Shown: piece after piece, positions 11,984 to 24,140 of the stretch
Numbering within the stretch: position 1 is the stretch's first letter
Layout: every line of letters begins with the position of its first letter
Source: Squalus acanthias
Taxonomy: Eukaryota
Assembly (NCBI GenBank): GCA_030390025.1
Contig: CM059432.1
Span: 73,534,001 to 73,598,000, forward strand
Reading direction: 5' to 3'
DNA length: 64,000 bases
The notes under the pieces: generated by a model
What the model saw: the letters and a program-made list of their open reading frames with translations, nothing else
Told to the model about the DNA's origin: nothing
Database searches by the model: none
Program-made: the position numbers and the translations under genes

Positions 11984-13897
11984 ATGACTGTTTCAAGACC
12001 AAAGGCATCTCCAAGATTCGATGATGACTCCCTCCATGCTCTTGTGGAGGGAGTGAGAGGGTGCAAGAGGTACAGTTCCCCTCAAATGGACGGAGGAAGC
12101 CTCCTCAGCAAATCAAGGCAGCCTGACTGCAAATTAATGAGGAGGTTAGCGCCAGGTCTTTGTGTGCACGCACCTGGGTTCAGTGCAGGAAAAGGTTAAA
12201 TGACCTGCTACGCTCAGCAAAAGTGAGTATAACATCACACTTACCTTCAATCTGCTCCCCATCTCTTCTCATCACCAGCACACTGCATTGTCAACCTACT
12301 CCTGCACCTCCCACTTTACCCTTACATCCCTAGCACCCTTAACCATCCCTCTCTCTCTATGTACAAAATCACTTCACGATTCGACTATGCACCCCTCACA
12401 CTCGCTATCACTGTTATGCAATGACAACAACTAACAACGCATAGGGAGGGCCCTTGGTATTGGCATCTCACTCCATCTTTGTCTCCCTCTAAGCATCTAT
12501 GCTATGGATTCTCTACACTCAGTCCATCATTCTCACTCAAACTCCACTTGTGTCCCTCATTGCAGGAAATGAGAGCCAACAATAAGAGGGAGAGGGGCAG
12601 GACAGGAGGAGGGCCACCTTCTATTGCTCACTTGACCACCGCTGAGGAGGCTGCTCTCAACATCATCGGAGGTGCTGAGGATCTGGAAGTGGTGGACGGT
12701 GAGACGGGCGCAGTAGAGCAAGCTGGTGACAGAATAGATTTGCAACCCTCTCATTTAGATTGCATGAGTGACTGATATGGCATGTGATGTTCATACAGAT
12801 TGAGTTCTGATCATCTGCACAATTCGACGTGCCTGCTACGTTAATATCACATGTCTAACTCATGCCTTTACTCCCCCGCAGGACCATCAAGAGCCCCCCT
12901 CCCCACTGTCCAGGAGGAAGAGCCGGAAGACTCCTCAGAGGAAGCTGCAACCTCTGAGGGAGCAGCGTCAGCAGAATTGAGCGCACCCAGCACCAGCGCA
13001 GAGACGCACACCTTGGTGGGTCATTCGCGAGATAGATTAGTGTTGTCACCTGGTGTATCACAGCTCACAAGTGAGCATCAGCAGATGGTGGAGACAGGGA
13101 CAGCAATGGAGAGACCTCGTCGGAGGCCACAGGGCGCTCCTAGCTCTGCTCAGCTGCATGTGGACCCTGTGCCCCAGGGGCCATCCAGAAAGAGAGCGGT
13201 GCTGGAACTTCAGCAACACGTGCAGGAGTCTCTGACAGGTTTTGCATCCACGGTAACTGCGAGTGTGCAGAGAATGGAGGAGTCCATCTCAAACATGAGC
13301 ACTGCCATGTTGGAGGCAATGGCGCATGAACGTGCCGCCATGGAGAGGGTGGCAACCTCCTTGGAGGACATAACTTGCCAGACTCAACAGAGCATGGTGA
13401 CTCTTCTAAATAGATGGTCTGCTATGGAGGATAGATGGGCATCTATTGAGGAGAGACACCAGAGGTACATGGACGTCCCCGTTATGAGGACTGTCAGTAC
13501 AGAGACGGGTCCTCATGGTCCCACTGATGTGCAGCAAGGTGCTCTCCAGCTACTTGCTAGCAGTGAAGTGCGGGCGACCCATGAGAGGGATATTGGTGGT
13601 CGACAACAAGGAAGTGTGGGCTCCTCTCCAAGCGCTCACACTCCCATGTCACTGCGGAGCCCTCGGACAGAGCCCCAGATTCCTCACCCAACTGAGATGG
13701 CCGTCTCAGCCCCTGCACAGCCGCAGGAGAAGCAGACTGTTGCCGAGCCCTCCCAGTCTCCCAAACCCAGAGGACGCCCGTCAAAGGTGTTGAAACAGGA
13801 GCAGCATGAAAGTGAGCAAGGTGCCTCAACATCTGCTGAAGCCACAGGGGAAGCACCACGTAGAAGCATGCGTAAGAGAAAGTTAACACACAAATAG
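11984..13897 (+). pseudogene. Harbinger Myb/SANT-like accessory gene, exons 11984-12222, 12566-12725, 12882-13897
   Basis: ASPRFDDDSL...WVQCRKRLNDL; GT-AG introns at the same positions as in two other copies; exon 1 is 239 nt (frameshifted); exon 3 open. Confidence 0.85.
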
Positions 13898-14160
13898 TCA
13901 CAAGGGTAGTCACTTGGGTGTTTTGATGTAATACAAATTGAAGATTATCATCGTCATTTCAATTGTAATAAAGAAATGCGATGGCAAAGATTCAAAGAGT
14001 TGGCCTATGTGTGCCCAGAAATGGAAGTGTCACAGTGAGGTGTCAGGGTGCCTTTCATCTGTAATGATGGTGGTGAGAGTGATAGGAACCCACAGTTTAT
14101 TGTACAGATGGTGTATGGTGTGTTAAGAAGGTGGCAGCCACATGTGTTTGCTTCGTAAAC

Positions 14161-15539
14161 TTAAGCGAATCTGGCATGGATTAGTGCATCCCTTGCCTCA
14201 CGGCCAGCAATGTGCTTGCGTGCTGGTGGAACTGGCACATCCACCTCCACAAGGTCTTCCTCCTCCTCCTCCTTCTCCTCCTCCTCCTCCTCCTCCTCGG
14301 AGGCTGTGCGCTGAGCCACTTGTTCCTCAGGCAACGGTAAGCCACGCTGCTGTGCGATGTTGTGCAGTGCACAGCAGACCATGATGATTCTGGAGACCCT
14401 GGCTGGTGAGTACTGTAGGGCTCCACCTGATCTGTTGAGGCATCTGAATCGCATTTTGAGCAAACCGATGGTTTGCTCGATGATGCCTCTGGTGGAAATG
14501 TGGCTGGCATTGTAGCGCTCCTCAGCTTCGTTTGATGACCTCCTCAACGGCGTCATTAGCTACGTCTTCAGGGGATAGCCCTTGTCTCCAAGTAGCCATC
14601 CGGAAAGTTGGGCTGGCGGATTGAAGAGCTGAGGCACAGTAGACTGCCGCAGGATGAACGAGTCATGGCAACTGCCAGGGTACTTGGCACAAACATGCAT
14701 AATGTTCTTCCTGTGGTTACACACCAGCTGGACATTAAGGGAGTGGAAGCTCTTGCAGTTGACAAATACAGCTGGGTTGTGATGGGATGACCTAATAGCC
14801 ACATGTGTGCAGTCTACGATGCCCTGCACCCTTGGCAAGCCTGCCATATTTGCAAAGCCAACCGCACGCACACTTGCTTCATCCATGGAGAAGTGGATGT
14901 AATTGTGCGCCTTTGCAAAGAGGGCATCGGTAACCTGCGCGATGCAAGTGTGTGTACAATTACATCCACTTCACCACGGATGAAGCAAGTGTAACCGCGT
15001 GTGCGGTTGGCTTTGCCAATATGGCAGGCTTGCCAAGGCTGCAGGGCATCATAGACTGCACACATGTGGCCATTAGGGCACCCCATCACAACCCAGCTGT
15101 ATTTGTCATCCGCAAGTGCTTCCACTCCCTTAACGTCCAGCTGGTGTGTAACCACAGGAAGAATATTATGCATGTTTGAGCCAAGTTCCCTGGCAGTTGC
15201 CATGACTCGTTCATCCTGCGGCAGTCTACTGTGCCTCAGCTGTTCCATTGTGCAGATGTCAGCGACTACCTCTCGCGAAAGTCTCAGCTTCCTTTGGCAC
15301 TGCTGCTCAGTCATGTTGAGGAAGCTCATCCTCTGCCTGTAAACCCTGTGTTGGGGGTATCTCCTGCGGTGAGGTGCAGCCCTGTGCTGATGCCCTCTGC
15401 CCTGTGCAGCATCAGGTGGTTAAGGAGAAGGTTGGCGTTCCTGTTGTTGGTGCTGCTGTTGTGCCTGGTTCTGCTGCTGCTGTGGTTGCTCTTCCTCCGA
15501 TTCTGAGGACCAGGATGAGAGGGTATAAATGGTTCCCAT
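14161..15539 (-). pseudogene. Harbinger (HARBI1-like) DDE transposase with an internal inverted duplication
   Basis: [39 protein letters not shown]; stops and a fold-back segment at 14954-15245. Confidence 0.9.
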
Positions 15540-16275
15540 TCCGCTGGTATATATCTCAGTTGAGGAACAGATGTTATAAGCGCTCAGTCAATGTGGGGAG
15601 AGGGTTTTCCATGGAGGTCACAGTGCATATGGATCTCAGCTTAAACACTTACAAGCTCAATAGACCTGCAAAATGTGTTCCAACACCTCAAAACACAAAG
15701 TTCTGTCATCTGAAAGTCAGCCATGTTAAGGTCTGCTTTTATGCTGCAGGTGCAGCTGTCAAGAATTCACGTAGTTGCTGAACCCGGCGCAATCAGCTGG
15801 CGTGTTTTGTGAACGGCGTGGGACACGCTGAAAATGTTGTAAAATTGGGAAGAGCCTGGTAAAATGAAATTATGTAGGCAGTTAACAAGCTGTTAGCTGC
15901 CTTAAGTGCCTCTCCCACTGCTTGGTGTCGGGTCTGATCGGAACTCCCAGACCCGGCACTTGGCAAAGTTGCGTGGAGGCGGGATGACGGCGGGTTCGGA
16001 ACCCGCCGTCAATCAAAACGACGTTAACCTCTGACCCGCCTCCAAACCCACCCTCTGAGCGCTGGCAAAATCGCGGCCATAGACTTTTGGACTGTAGAGG
16101 AATCAAAGGATTTGGGGATCGGCCGGGAAAGTGGAGTTGAGGTCGAAGATCAGCCATCAGCTTATTGAATGGCAGAGCAGGCTCGAGGGGCTGTATGGCC
16201 TACTCCTGCTCCTAATTGTCTTTACAGTGAACACTAGTGATGTTTGAATGCCAGGGCAGGTGGTATCCTGGCAAC

Positions 16276-16490
16276 GAGGGCCAGAAGTCAATAACAGCAA
16301 CAACAACAACAACTTGCATTTATATAGCATCTTTAAAGTAGTAAAACGTCCCAAGGCGCTGCACAGGAGCGATTATCAAACAAAATTTGACACTGAGCTA
16401 CATAAGGAGATATTAGGGCAGGTGAAAAAAGCTCAGTCAAAGAGGTAGGTATTAAGGAGCGTCTTAAAGGAAGAGTTAGAGGTGGAGAAG
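16276..16490 (-). mobile_element. L2-like LINE 3' end
   Basis: Minus strand shows an L2-type C-terminal remnant and tail ATATAAATGCAAG(TTG)n resembling the Deu-SINE tail. Confidence 0.6.
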
Positions 16491-17087
16491 TTCCAAAGAT
16501 TCACAACCCTCTGAGTGAAGAACTTTCTCCTCATCTCAGTCCTAAATGGTCGACCCCTTATCCTGAGACTATAGAGTGGATAATTCACATTAGGATGCAG
16601 ACTTGGGGATGGGCTAGGACTCCATCTAACCTTTGCTAGAGTTCAGTCTTGGTGGGGTAGGCTCCCACTTAGAATTCTCTACCCCAGAGGGCTGTGGATG
16701 CTCAGTTGCTGAGTATATTCACAGTGAGATAGATAGATTTTTGGACTCTAGGGGAATCAAGGGATATGAGGAGTGGAGTGGAGTGGATGTAGAAGATCAG
16801 CCATGATCTTATTGAATGGCAGAGCAGGCTGGAGGGGCCGTATGCCCTACTCCTGCTCCTAATTTTTATGTTCTTATCTTTTGCGCCACCGCCCGTGGTG
16901 AGTTTCTAGGCTATATGTATGCTGGGTCAATTGAAATTTTCAGGACTGAGATTGATAGATTTTTGTTGGGTCAGGGATATGGAACAATGGCAAGTAAATG
17001 CAGTTGAGTTACAGATCAACCATAATCTAATTGAATGTTGGAATATGCTCGATGGGCTGAATTGCCTACTCCTGCTCCTATATCCCG
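16490..17087. mobile_element. Cluster of short old CR1 3'-end fragments, both orientations
   Basis: Repeated CR1 motifs AATTCTCTACCCCAG, GATCAGCCATGATC, CCTACTCCTGCTCC. Confidence 0.7.
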
Positions 17088-17092
17088 ATGTA

Positions 17093-18908
17093 CCAAAGTT
17101 GGTCCATTGCAGTCAGATACGGGGGAATATATAATGGGAAATAAGGAAATGGCAGACCAACTAAATGCATACTTTGGGTCAGTCTTTACGAAGGAAGACA
17201 CAAAAAACCTCCCTGGGATATCGGGAAAAATAGGGACATTGGCAAAGGAGGAACTGACGCAAATCAATATCTCTAAGGATATGGTGTTAAGGAAGCTAAA
17301 GGGATTGAAGGCGGACAAATCCCCAGGGCCTGATAACATGCATCCTAGGGTACTGAAGGAGGTGGCCCTAGAGATAGCGGATGCACTAAGCATGATTTTT
17401 CAGAATTCATTAGACTCGGGAACAGTGCCCATGGATTGGAGGGTAGCTAACGTTACCCCACTATTCAAAAAGGGGGGTAGGGAAAAAGCAGGTAATTACA
17501 GACCTGTAAGCCTTACATCAGTTGTGGGCAAAATGCTGGAGTCCATCATTAAGGATGAAATAGCCGAGCACTTAGCAAATGGGGACAGGATAGGACAGAG
17601 TCAACATGGATTTACAAAGGGTAAATCGTGCTTGACTAATCTATTGGAATTTTTTGAGGGAGTAACTGGTAAAATAGATGGGGGAGAGCCAGTAGATGTG
17701 GTGTACCTGGACTTCCAAAAGGCCTTCGATAAGGTCCCACATAAAAGATTAGCATGGAAAATTGAAGCTCATGGGATAAAGGGGAAAGTATTGACGTGGA
17801 TAGAGAACTGGCTGTCAGATAGAAAACAGAGAGTTGGAATAAACGGCTCATTTTCTGAATGGCAGGCAGTAACAAGTGGGCTACCACAGGGATCTGTCCT
17901 GGGTCCCCAGCTGTTCACAATTTATATTAATGACCTGGATCAGGGAGTCGAATGCAGCATTTCCAAATTTGCAGACGACACTAAACTAGGAGGGGGGGTG
18001 GGCTCAGAGGAGGAGACCAGGAAGCTCCAGAGCGATTTGGACAGACTGGGTGATTGGGCGGATAAATGGCAGATGCACTATAATGTGGACAAGTGCGAAG
18101 TTATCCACCTTGGGTGCAGGAACGGGAGGGCAAATTATTATTTAAATGGCAATAAATTGGGAGAGGGGGAAGTACAGAGAGACCTGGGTGTTCTTGTACA
18201 CCAGTCACTGAAGGCGAGCATGCAGGTGCAACAGGCGGTCAAGAAGGCAAACGGTATGCTGGCCTTCATAGCAAAAGGGTTGGAATACAGGAACAGGGAT
18301 ACCTTGCTGCAGCTGTACAGGGCACTGGTGAGACCACACCTCGAGTACTGTGTACAGTTTTGGTCGCCTCATCTGAGGAAAGATGTTCTTGCCATGGAGG
18401 GGGTGCAGCGGCGATTCACCAGGCTGATACCAGGAATGGCGGGATTGACCTATGAGGAGAGACTATGTAGTTTAGGGATGTACACACTGGAGTTTAGAAG
18501 ATTGAGAGGGGACCTCATAGAAGTGTATAAAATTCTGACAGGTCTAGACAGATTAGATGCAGAAGGAATGTTTCCCTTGGCGGGTGAGAACAGAACTAGA
18601 GGACATAATTTAAGGATAAGGGCTAAACCATTTAGGACAGAAATGAGGGGGAATTTCTTCACTCAGAGAGTGGTGAACCTGTGGAACTCATTGCCACAGA
18701 GGGCAGTGTACGCCAGCTCATTAAATATATTTAAGAGGGAATTAGATATATTTCTACAGGCAAAAGGGGTTAAGGGTTACGGAGAGAAGGCGGGGACGGG
18801 ATACTGAATTGAAGGATCAGCCATGATCTCATTAAATGGCGGAGCAGGCTCGAAGGGCCGGATGGCCTACTCCTGCTCCTATCTTCTATGTATCTATGTA
18901 TCTATGTA
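17093..18908 (+). mobile_element. Young 5'-truncated CR1 LINE with an open RT frame to 18807
   Basis: About 570 uninterrupted codons ([33 protein letters not shown]), 3' UTR and (CTATGTAT)n tail. Confidence 0.95.
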
Positions 18909-21254
18909 CCTGCATTTATGCCAGTTCTGAATGGACTTAAATTTATGCCCAAAATGTTAGACACAGCAGGACCCGAAGTGGCTATTTCTGATGTTTATAG
19001 TGATTTTTCTAAGCAATTTTTCTTAATTCTCTTTACTGTTACCTGCACTGCATTTTCTATAGCTTTGAATGCTTTTTTTTAAAATGGCATCAGAATCTGT
19101 TATATTAAAAAAGAAAAGCTTCCAGAATTGATTTCCACTTGTTTTACGCCAGTTTTTACATTCCAGCGTATGCTAACGAGATTCTCAGGAAATTTCAGCA
19201 TAAGTTGTGGTTCAGAAGAGCGGCATGAAACTGGCGTAAAATCTGTTGTAATTTCTGTGTAAATGCAATCCAAGAAATTCTGCCCCTTTGTTTTCTGCCT
19301 TGTTGCACGGATTAGATTTATTTTAACACCAAGATAACATACTCGCTACACAATCATAAAGTCTCCTAATGCAATTTTAAAAACAAAGAGCTTAGAAAAT
19401 AAGGAATGTATATAATAACATATAAAAAGAATTGTTTGCATGTGCTTGTTCACAAACAGCAGATGCTATTTACCATACATTGCACAATGTCTGTACAGTT
19501 ATAATTTTAACCTATAAAAATCATTTTGTGTCTGCAGCATGAATACATCTATCTATTTTATAAAACATTTCATGTAATCATAATTTCATGGTGCTGTAGC
19601 TGGCTTCAAAACATATTTTACAGACAAACAATTATATTTGAAGAGGTGAAGTGATTAAGAATATTTGACTTTGTTGCTATGACAGCTTGCATTTTTCATC
19701 ACACAGAGTGTAATTAACTACAATTTCAATAATGTAAAATCAAGAAAGATAATAACAAACTGCAGAACCATGGTGATATTGCCATTGCAACAATGTTTCC
19801 ATGGTAACAGTGATAATAACACCAGTGATAAATGTTTTCTCCTGCTTTTCCATTTTGTATGGTATGGCTAGTTTTTACTGCAGCTTTTTATAGTTTATTA
19901 TGCTGTCAGAATTGTTTATGAGATGTTGTTGTGGAGGAAATGACTTATTTCCATTGCTTAATAAAAATGCTGAAATATGCTGTTTATGTGCTCTCTGATA
20001 CAAATAGCTAGTTCAAATATTTATTTAAAAAATTAGGAAAAAATATGTTTCTGCCCTTAACAAGAAATCAGCTGGGCTACGTTTGTATTTTTAATGGTAA
20101 AAGGTCATATGAATGTCATTGCACTTTCCTATTTATCTCTCTCTCTTCCTCACCAGAAAATCAGATGGAATTTTCCAGTAGGCAATAAGAGAAATGTATA
20201 CATTTAATATTCAATTAACAAGCAGGCTCTTATTCAGTATTCATCCATGATACGACTGTCTTTGTCAAAGAGTAAATTTTGTTCTTTGCATCACCTATTC
20301 TTGAGGAGTTAGCTCAGCTTATAAATCACATATGCACTGACATTAGATAATATTATTCACTAATTCACACTACGCAAATGTCAAAGTACTGTGCAACAAA
20401 TATTAGTAGAAAATGAGAAAGAAAGCAAACTAATGGGAAAAGGTAATGGCATATCAATTAATATCCAATATTTGAGTTGTTTAATCAGTTTGTTAAAAAT
20501 TCTGTACTTATTAAATATTCATAGGCCAAATGCTCCAATTTATATTTAATTTTACTGCCTATAAAAAGTAATCACAAACCAAAGAAAGCTTCATTTAATT
20601 TTAGTTACTCATAAACTTTGATAAAAAAATAAACTACAGAATATGGCATCATAGCAGCACATCACCTTTGCTGTAGAAGATAATTGTTCAATGAACACCA
20701 TGGCATTATTTTGTTTGGAGATATTTGCAATATTAGTACTTAACCAATAATGTCATGTTGAGAAATTAAAAACCTCACGCACTAGAAACGGAATAAATAT
20801 GAGGTGATTAGACTGGTCACTAGCACATCAGATATTTATGCCAATTAAATGCAAGCTAGAAGCCTTAACCACTAACATAAACATGGTCATTTTTTTCTAC
20901 ACGTTTCTGATACACTTTCTCAGCACAGCTATTATTACAGAAATTGAAATAAAATGTAGAAGCACAATAATGTAAGATTGTACCTGATACAAACAAAGAG
21001 TATGTCGAGCATGTATTTCTCATTTTTTTTGTAGGTTTTAGTACATAGCTTTATAGGTGCAAAGGCACTAACTGCAGCTCTGGGTCTTGATCTGTAAGTC
21101 CATGTGGTGCCTACTAGTGCTTTTATAATTGTTAGTTTGGGTTAATAAACTCGATGTTGCTGAGATGTTTCTCATTTGAAAACTTAAACCGACTGAATTC
21201 TTTAAGACGGTTCTGTTTCTGCATCTACCACTGAACCCTTAATAGGGTGGCACT

Positions 21255-21600
21255 TTTTAAAATTGATTCTTGGAATATGGGTATCACTGGCAAGGCTGGC
21301 ATTTATTGGCCATCCCTAGTTGCCCAGAGAAGGTGGTGCTGGGTCTTCTTCTTGAACTGCTGTGGTCATAGTAGTTTTTTGACACAACTGGGTAGCTTGC
21401 TAGGCCACATCAGAGGGTAGATAAGAGTCAACCAAGCTGGTGTGGAATTGGAGTCACATATAGGCCAGAATAGGTGAGGATGGCAGGTTTACTTCCCTAA
21501 AGGACACTGATGAACCAGTTGTGTTTTTACGACAATCTGACAGCTTCATGATCACATTAGCTGGTTCCAGCTTTTTATATCCAGTTTTTTAAATAAACTG
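21255..21600 (-). mobile_element. Old SINE-like internal-deletion derivative of the tRNA-headed LINE
   Basis: 21255-21360 matches the LINE 3' end (about 35095-35200), fused to sequence matching its 5' UTR (about 38435-38660). Confidence 0.7.
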
Positions 21601-21774
21601 ATTTAGTGTTGAAAGAAAGGGGTATATAAATGTACATACATTCAAAATGGCATAGTGATTGAGACACTGAAGGTATGCTGGGGTAAGTGTGATCTAGGCA
21701 TCAATGACCTAGTATAAAATTATGGTAGGTCAGTACCAGATTAATATAATTATACCATATTAAATATATTTATT

Positions 21775-21915
21775 TTTGTGTAACCTTGCTGTGTGAAAAT
21801 TCAGTGTTATGATTGCCTACATAACCACACTTTAACTGTAATTCATTGGCTGTGAATCATTTTGGGGTGTTCTGAGGATGTGGAAGGAAATATATAAATG
21901 TAAGTTCATTCTTTT
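21775..21915 (+). mobile_element. Degraded Deu-SINE 3' fragment
   Basis: TTCATTGGCTGTGAA...TATATAAATGTAAGTTCATTCTTT, reverse complement of the tail at 1766-1900. Confidence 0.55.
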
Positions 21916-22587
21916 TAAAAAGGGTAATTTTTTAACTTCATGCTCCTGCTGGGGAGTCTTCCCTGCTGCAGCTACTTATTGCCAGTACTGGCAAAAGTTG
22001 TCTCAATGGTGGGGAAATTGTGTGCAGCGTGTACCAAAATTTCCAATGTGGGCGACCAGTGAGCGAGGCTCCCCACCAGAACTGCAAAGTCAGAAAATGA
22101 TCCATTATTTCCTTATAGGAATGTGCCTGCTCAAATTTCACATTCAACCCTCTGGCTTTTTACAGCACCTACTCCCAATTTGTGTTAAACTATAGGGTAA
22201 ATTTAGCAATCTCATGCTCCCAACATTAAGCCACACGTGAAAAGAATGTGGGCCAGAGCATTAGGACTAGTATTGGAGCCCTATCTCTGACCCATGCTCC
22301 CTTCAAGTGCAGCTCAATGTTGGGACTTCATTTACTTATTTATTTATCACTTTATATTTTATCGCCTTCAATTTGCCTCTTAAGTGTCATACAGTCAAAA
22401 TCTTATTTGCCAAGGCTTATTGTAAGATAATCCTAAAGTGGACCTGATACTGTCTCCACCAGTAATACTAAATCAGTAGGCTAGTGATACAATAGTAAGG
22501 TGAAGATTGGTAGGTCTGGTCTTCCACACATAACTTAATGGAGTTCCTTTTACTAAAGACTAAATCTATCAAATCAAGAGATAAATT

Positions 22588-23631
22588 GGCCCAGATTTTG
22601 TGGTAAGCATAATGGTGAGGCTATCAGCGCTCACCTTTATTAAGGAGTAAATCAGACAGCAATGTCCGGCGCCCGCACATGCGCAGTTAAATGCGGAAAT
22701 CAGGAAGTTGCTGTCCGAGTTGCCCTGCTCCTCCACAACAGTACCTCACCGACATACTCGGCATTCACATACATGGAAGGGCGTGAAGTTGCGATACTTA
22801 CCCATTAGATACCCACTAAACATGCCAGAAAAAGTTAGGGCTTGTCCAGTCAAGTGTAAGTGAATTTTTAACGGCATGGTAAGTCTTAATTACTGCCAAA
22901 CAATCTCTCTGGCACTGTAAATTTACTTTTAAAAGTGTGGAGTTTCATTCCTTCAGATTTTAATTATTGTTGGAGATTTAAAAATATTAAAATAATATAT
23001 ATTCCTTCAGACTCCCCCCCACCCCCCACCCCCCCCCCCCCCCCCGTGCTGCTCCTCTAGCTCCCGATCCTCTTTGGACCCCCACTGTGCTGCTCCTGCG
23101 GCCCCCGATCCCTTCAGACCCCCATCGTGTTGCTCCTCTGGCCCCCGATCCTCTATGGATTCCCCCCCACCACTGTGCTGCTGCTCCGGCACCCGATCCT
23201 CTTCAGAACCCCCCGATTGTACTCCGACCATCCCCGGCCCCTGATCTTATACCTGGAAGCCCCCCACCCACCCCCCCGCCCCCCACCCCGATCTTCTTGT
23301 CGCTCCCGGCCCCCAAGTGATTTTTTACCCATTCTCCCGGGTCTCCCGACTGCCTCGGAGCAACCCACCCTCCCCCCCCCAACCTGCCTCCCCATTAAAA
23401 TTCAACCCTGCATGTCTCAGTAAGGATTCTTCAATCTGATTGGTTAAGGAGACATGCCGTTGCTTGCCCTGTTCACACAGATCCCAGATGCTCTATAGAG
23501 GGCGCTGCGCTGTTTTGGCTCTCTAATCACTGCAAGTTCCAATGCAAAAGCCCACAGAAAGTCTGTGGGCAAGTGTAAGTGCAATGACTGGGGAGCGCCG
23601 TTTGTGCGTCACTAATCGTTAAATCAGGGTC
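22588..23631. mobile_element. Old Harbinger-type MITE with C-rich CCCCGATC internal repeats
   Basis: GGCCCAGATTT ... AAATCAGGGTC degenerate TIR; low-complexity tract 23010-23400. Confidence 0.55.
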
Positions 23632-24140
23632 AATGTTAACCTCAGATATAACTGAATGGGATGAGCACAAATCACTTAGGAGGCTGTTTTCCGCTACATT
23701 TAATGGCAACAACGGTGAAGGCAGACATTAAAACTGGAGGAAGAGATAAGATTTCATTCTCCTCGTGGGAAATTGAAAATCTAATGGTTTGGTTGTTTTA
23801 ATAAATCACTACAAGTAACAAAAAGGTCAGAACGAACCAAGAAATTAATTTAAGTATAACTTTCAATGCAGACTACACAAGCAGGCATTGGACACAATTT
23901 TTAAAACTTGAATTTTAGTTTACTCTTTGCTTCTGATTTTAAAACTCAGAGGTTGATTGCAGAAATTAGAACAAATACTTTGGTCCTAATCCCTGTAGAT
24001 CAATAAATTAACCTTTCAAAATCTGGAAATAGTCATGCCAGTGAATTGGGCTGCCCAAATTCTGCTCACAACAACATTTATATAATGTACAAAAAATGTC
24101 CCAAGTCCTGCAGTTTCCTACTTTTAGGAACTCAATTAAA

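Larger units (their letters stand above)
11724..16078. mobile_element. Full-length PIF/Harbinger DNA transposon (decayed), subfamily A
   Basis: Perfect 12-bp TIR GGCCGCGATTTT; TSD ATA (11721-11723, 16079-16081); convergent Myb-like and transposase genes. Confidence 0.95.

Noticed and set aside
20860..20982. Minus-strand frame resembling a transmembrane helix plus basic residues after an acceptor-like site
   Set aside because: AT-rich DNA gives such peptides by chance, and its phase does not fit the 27301 donor
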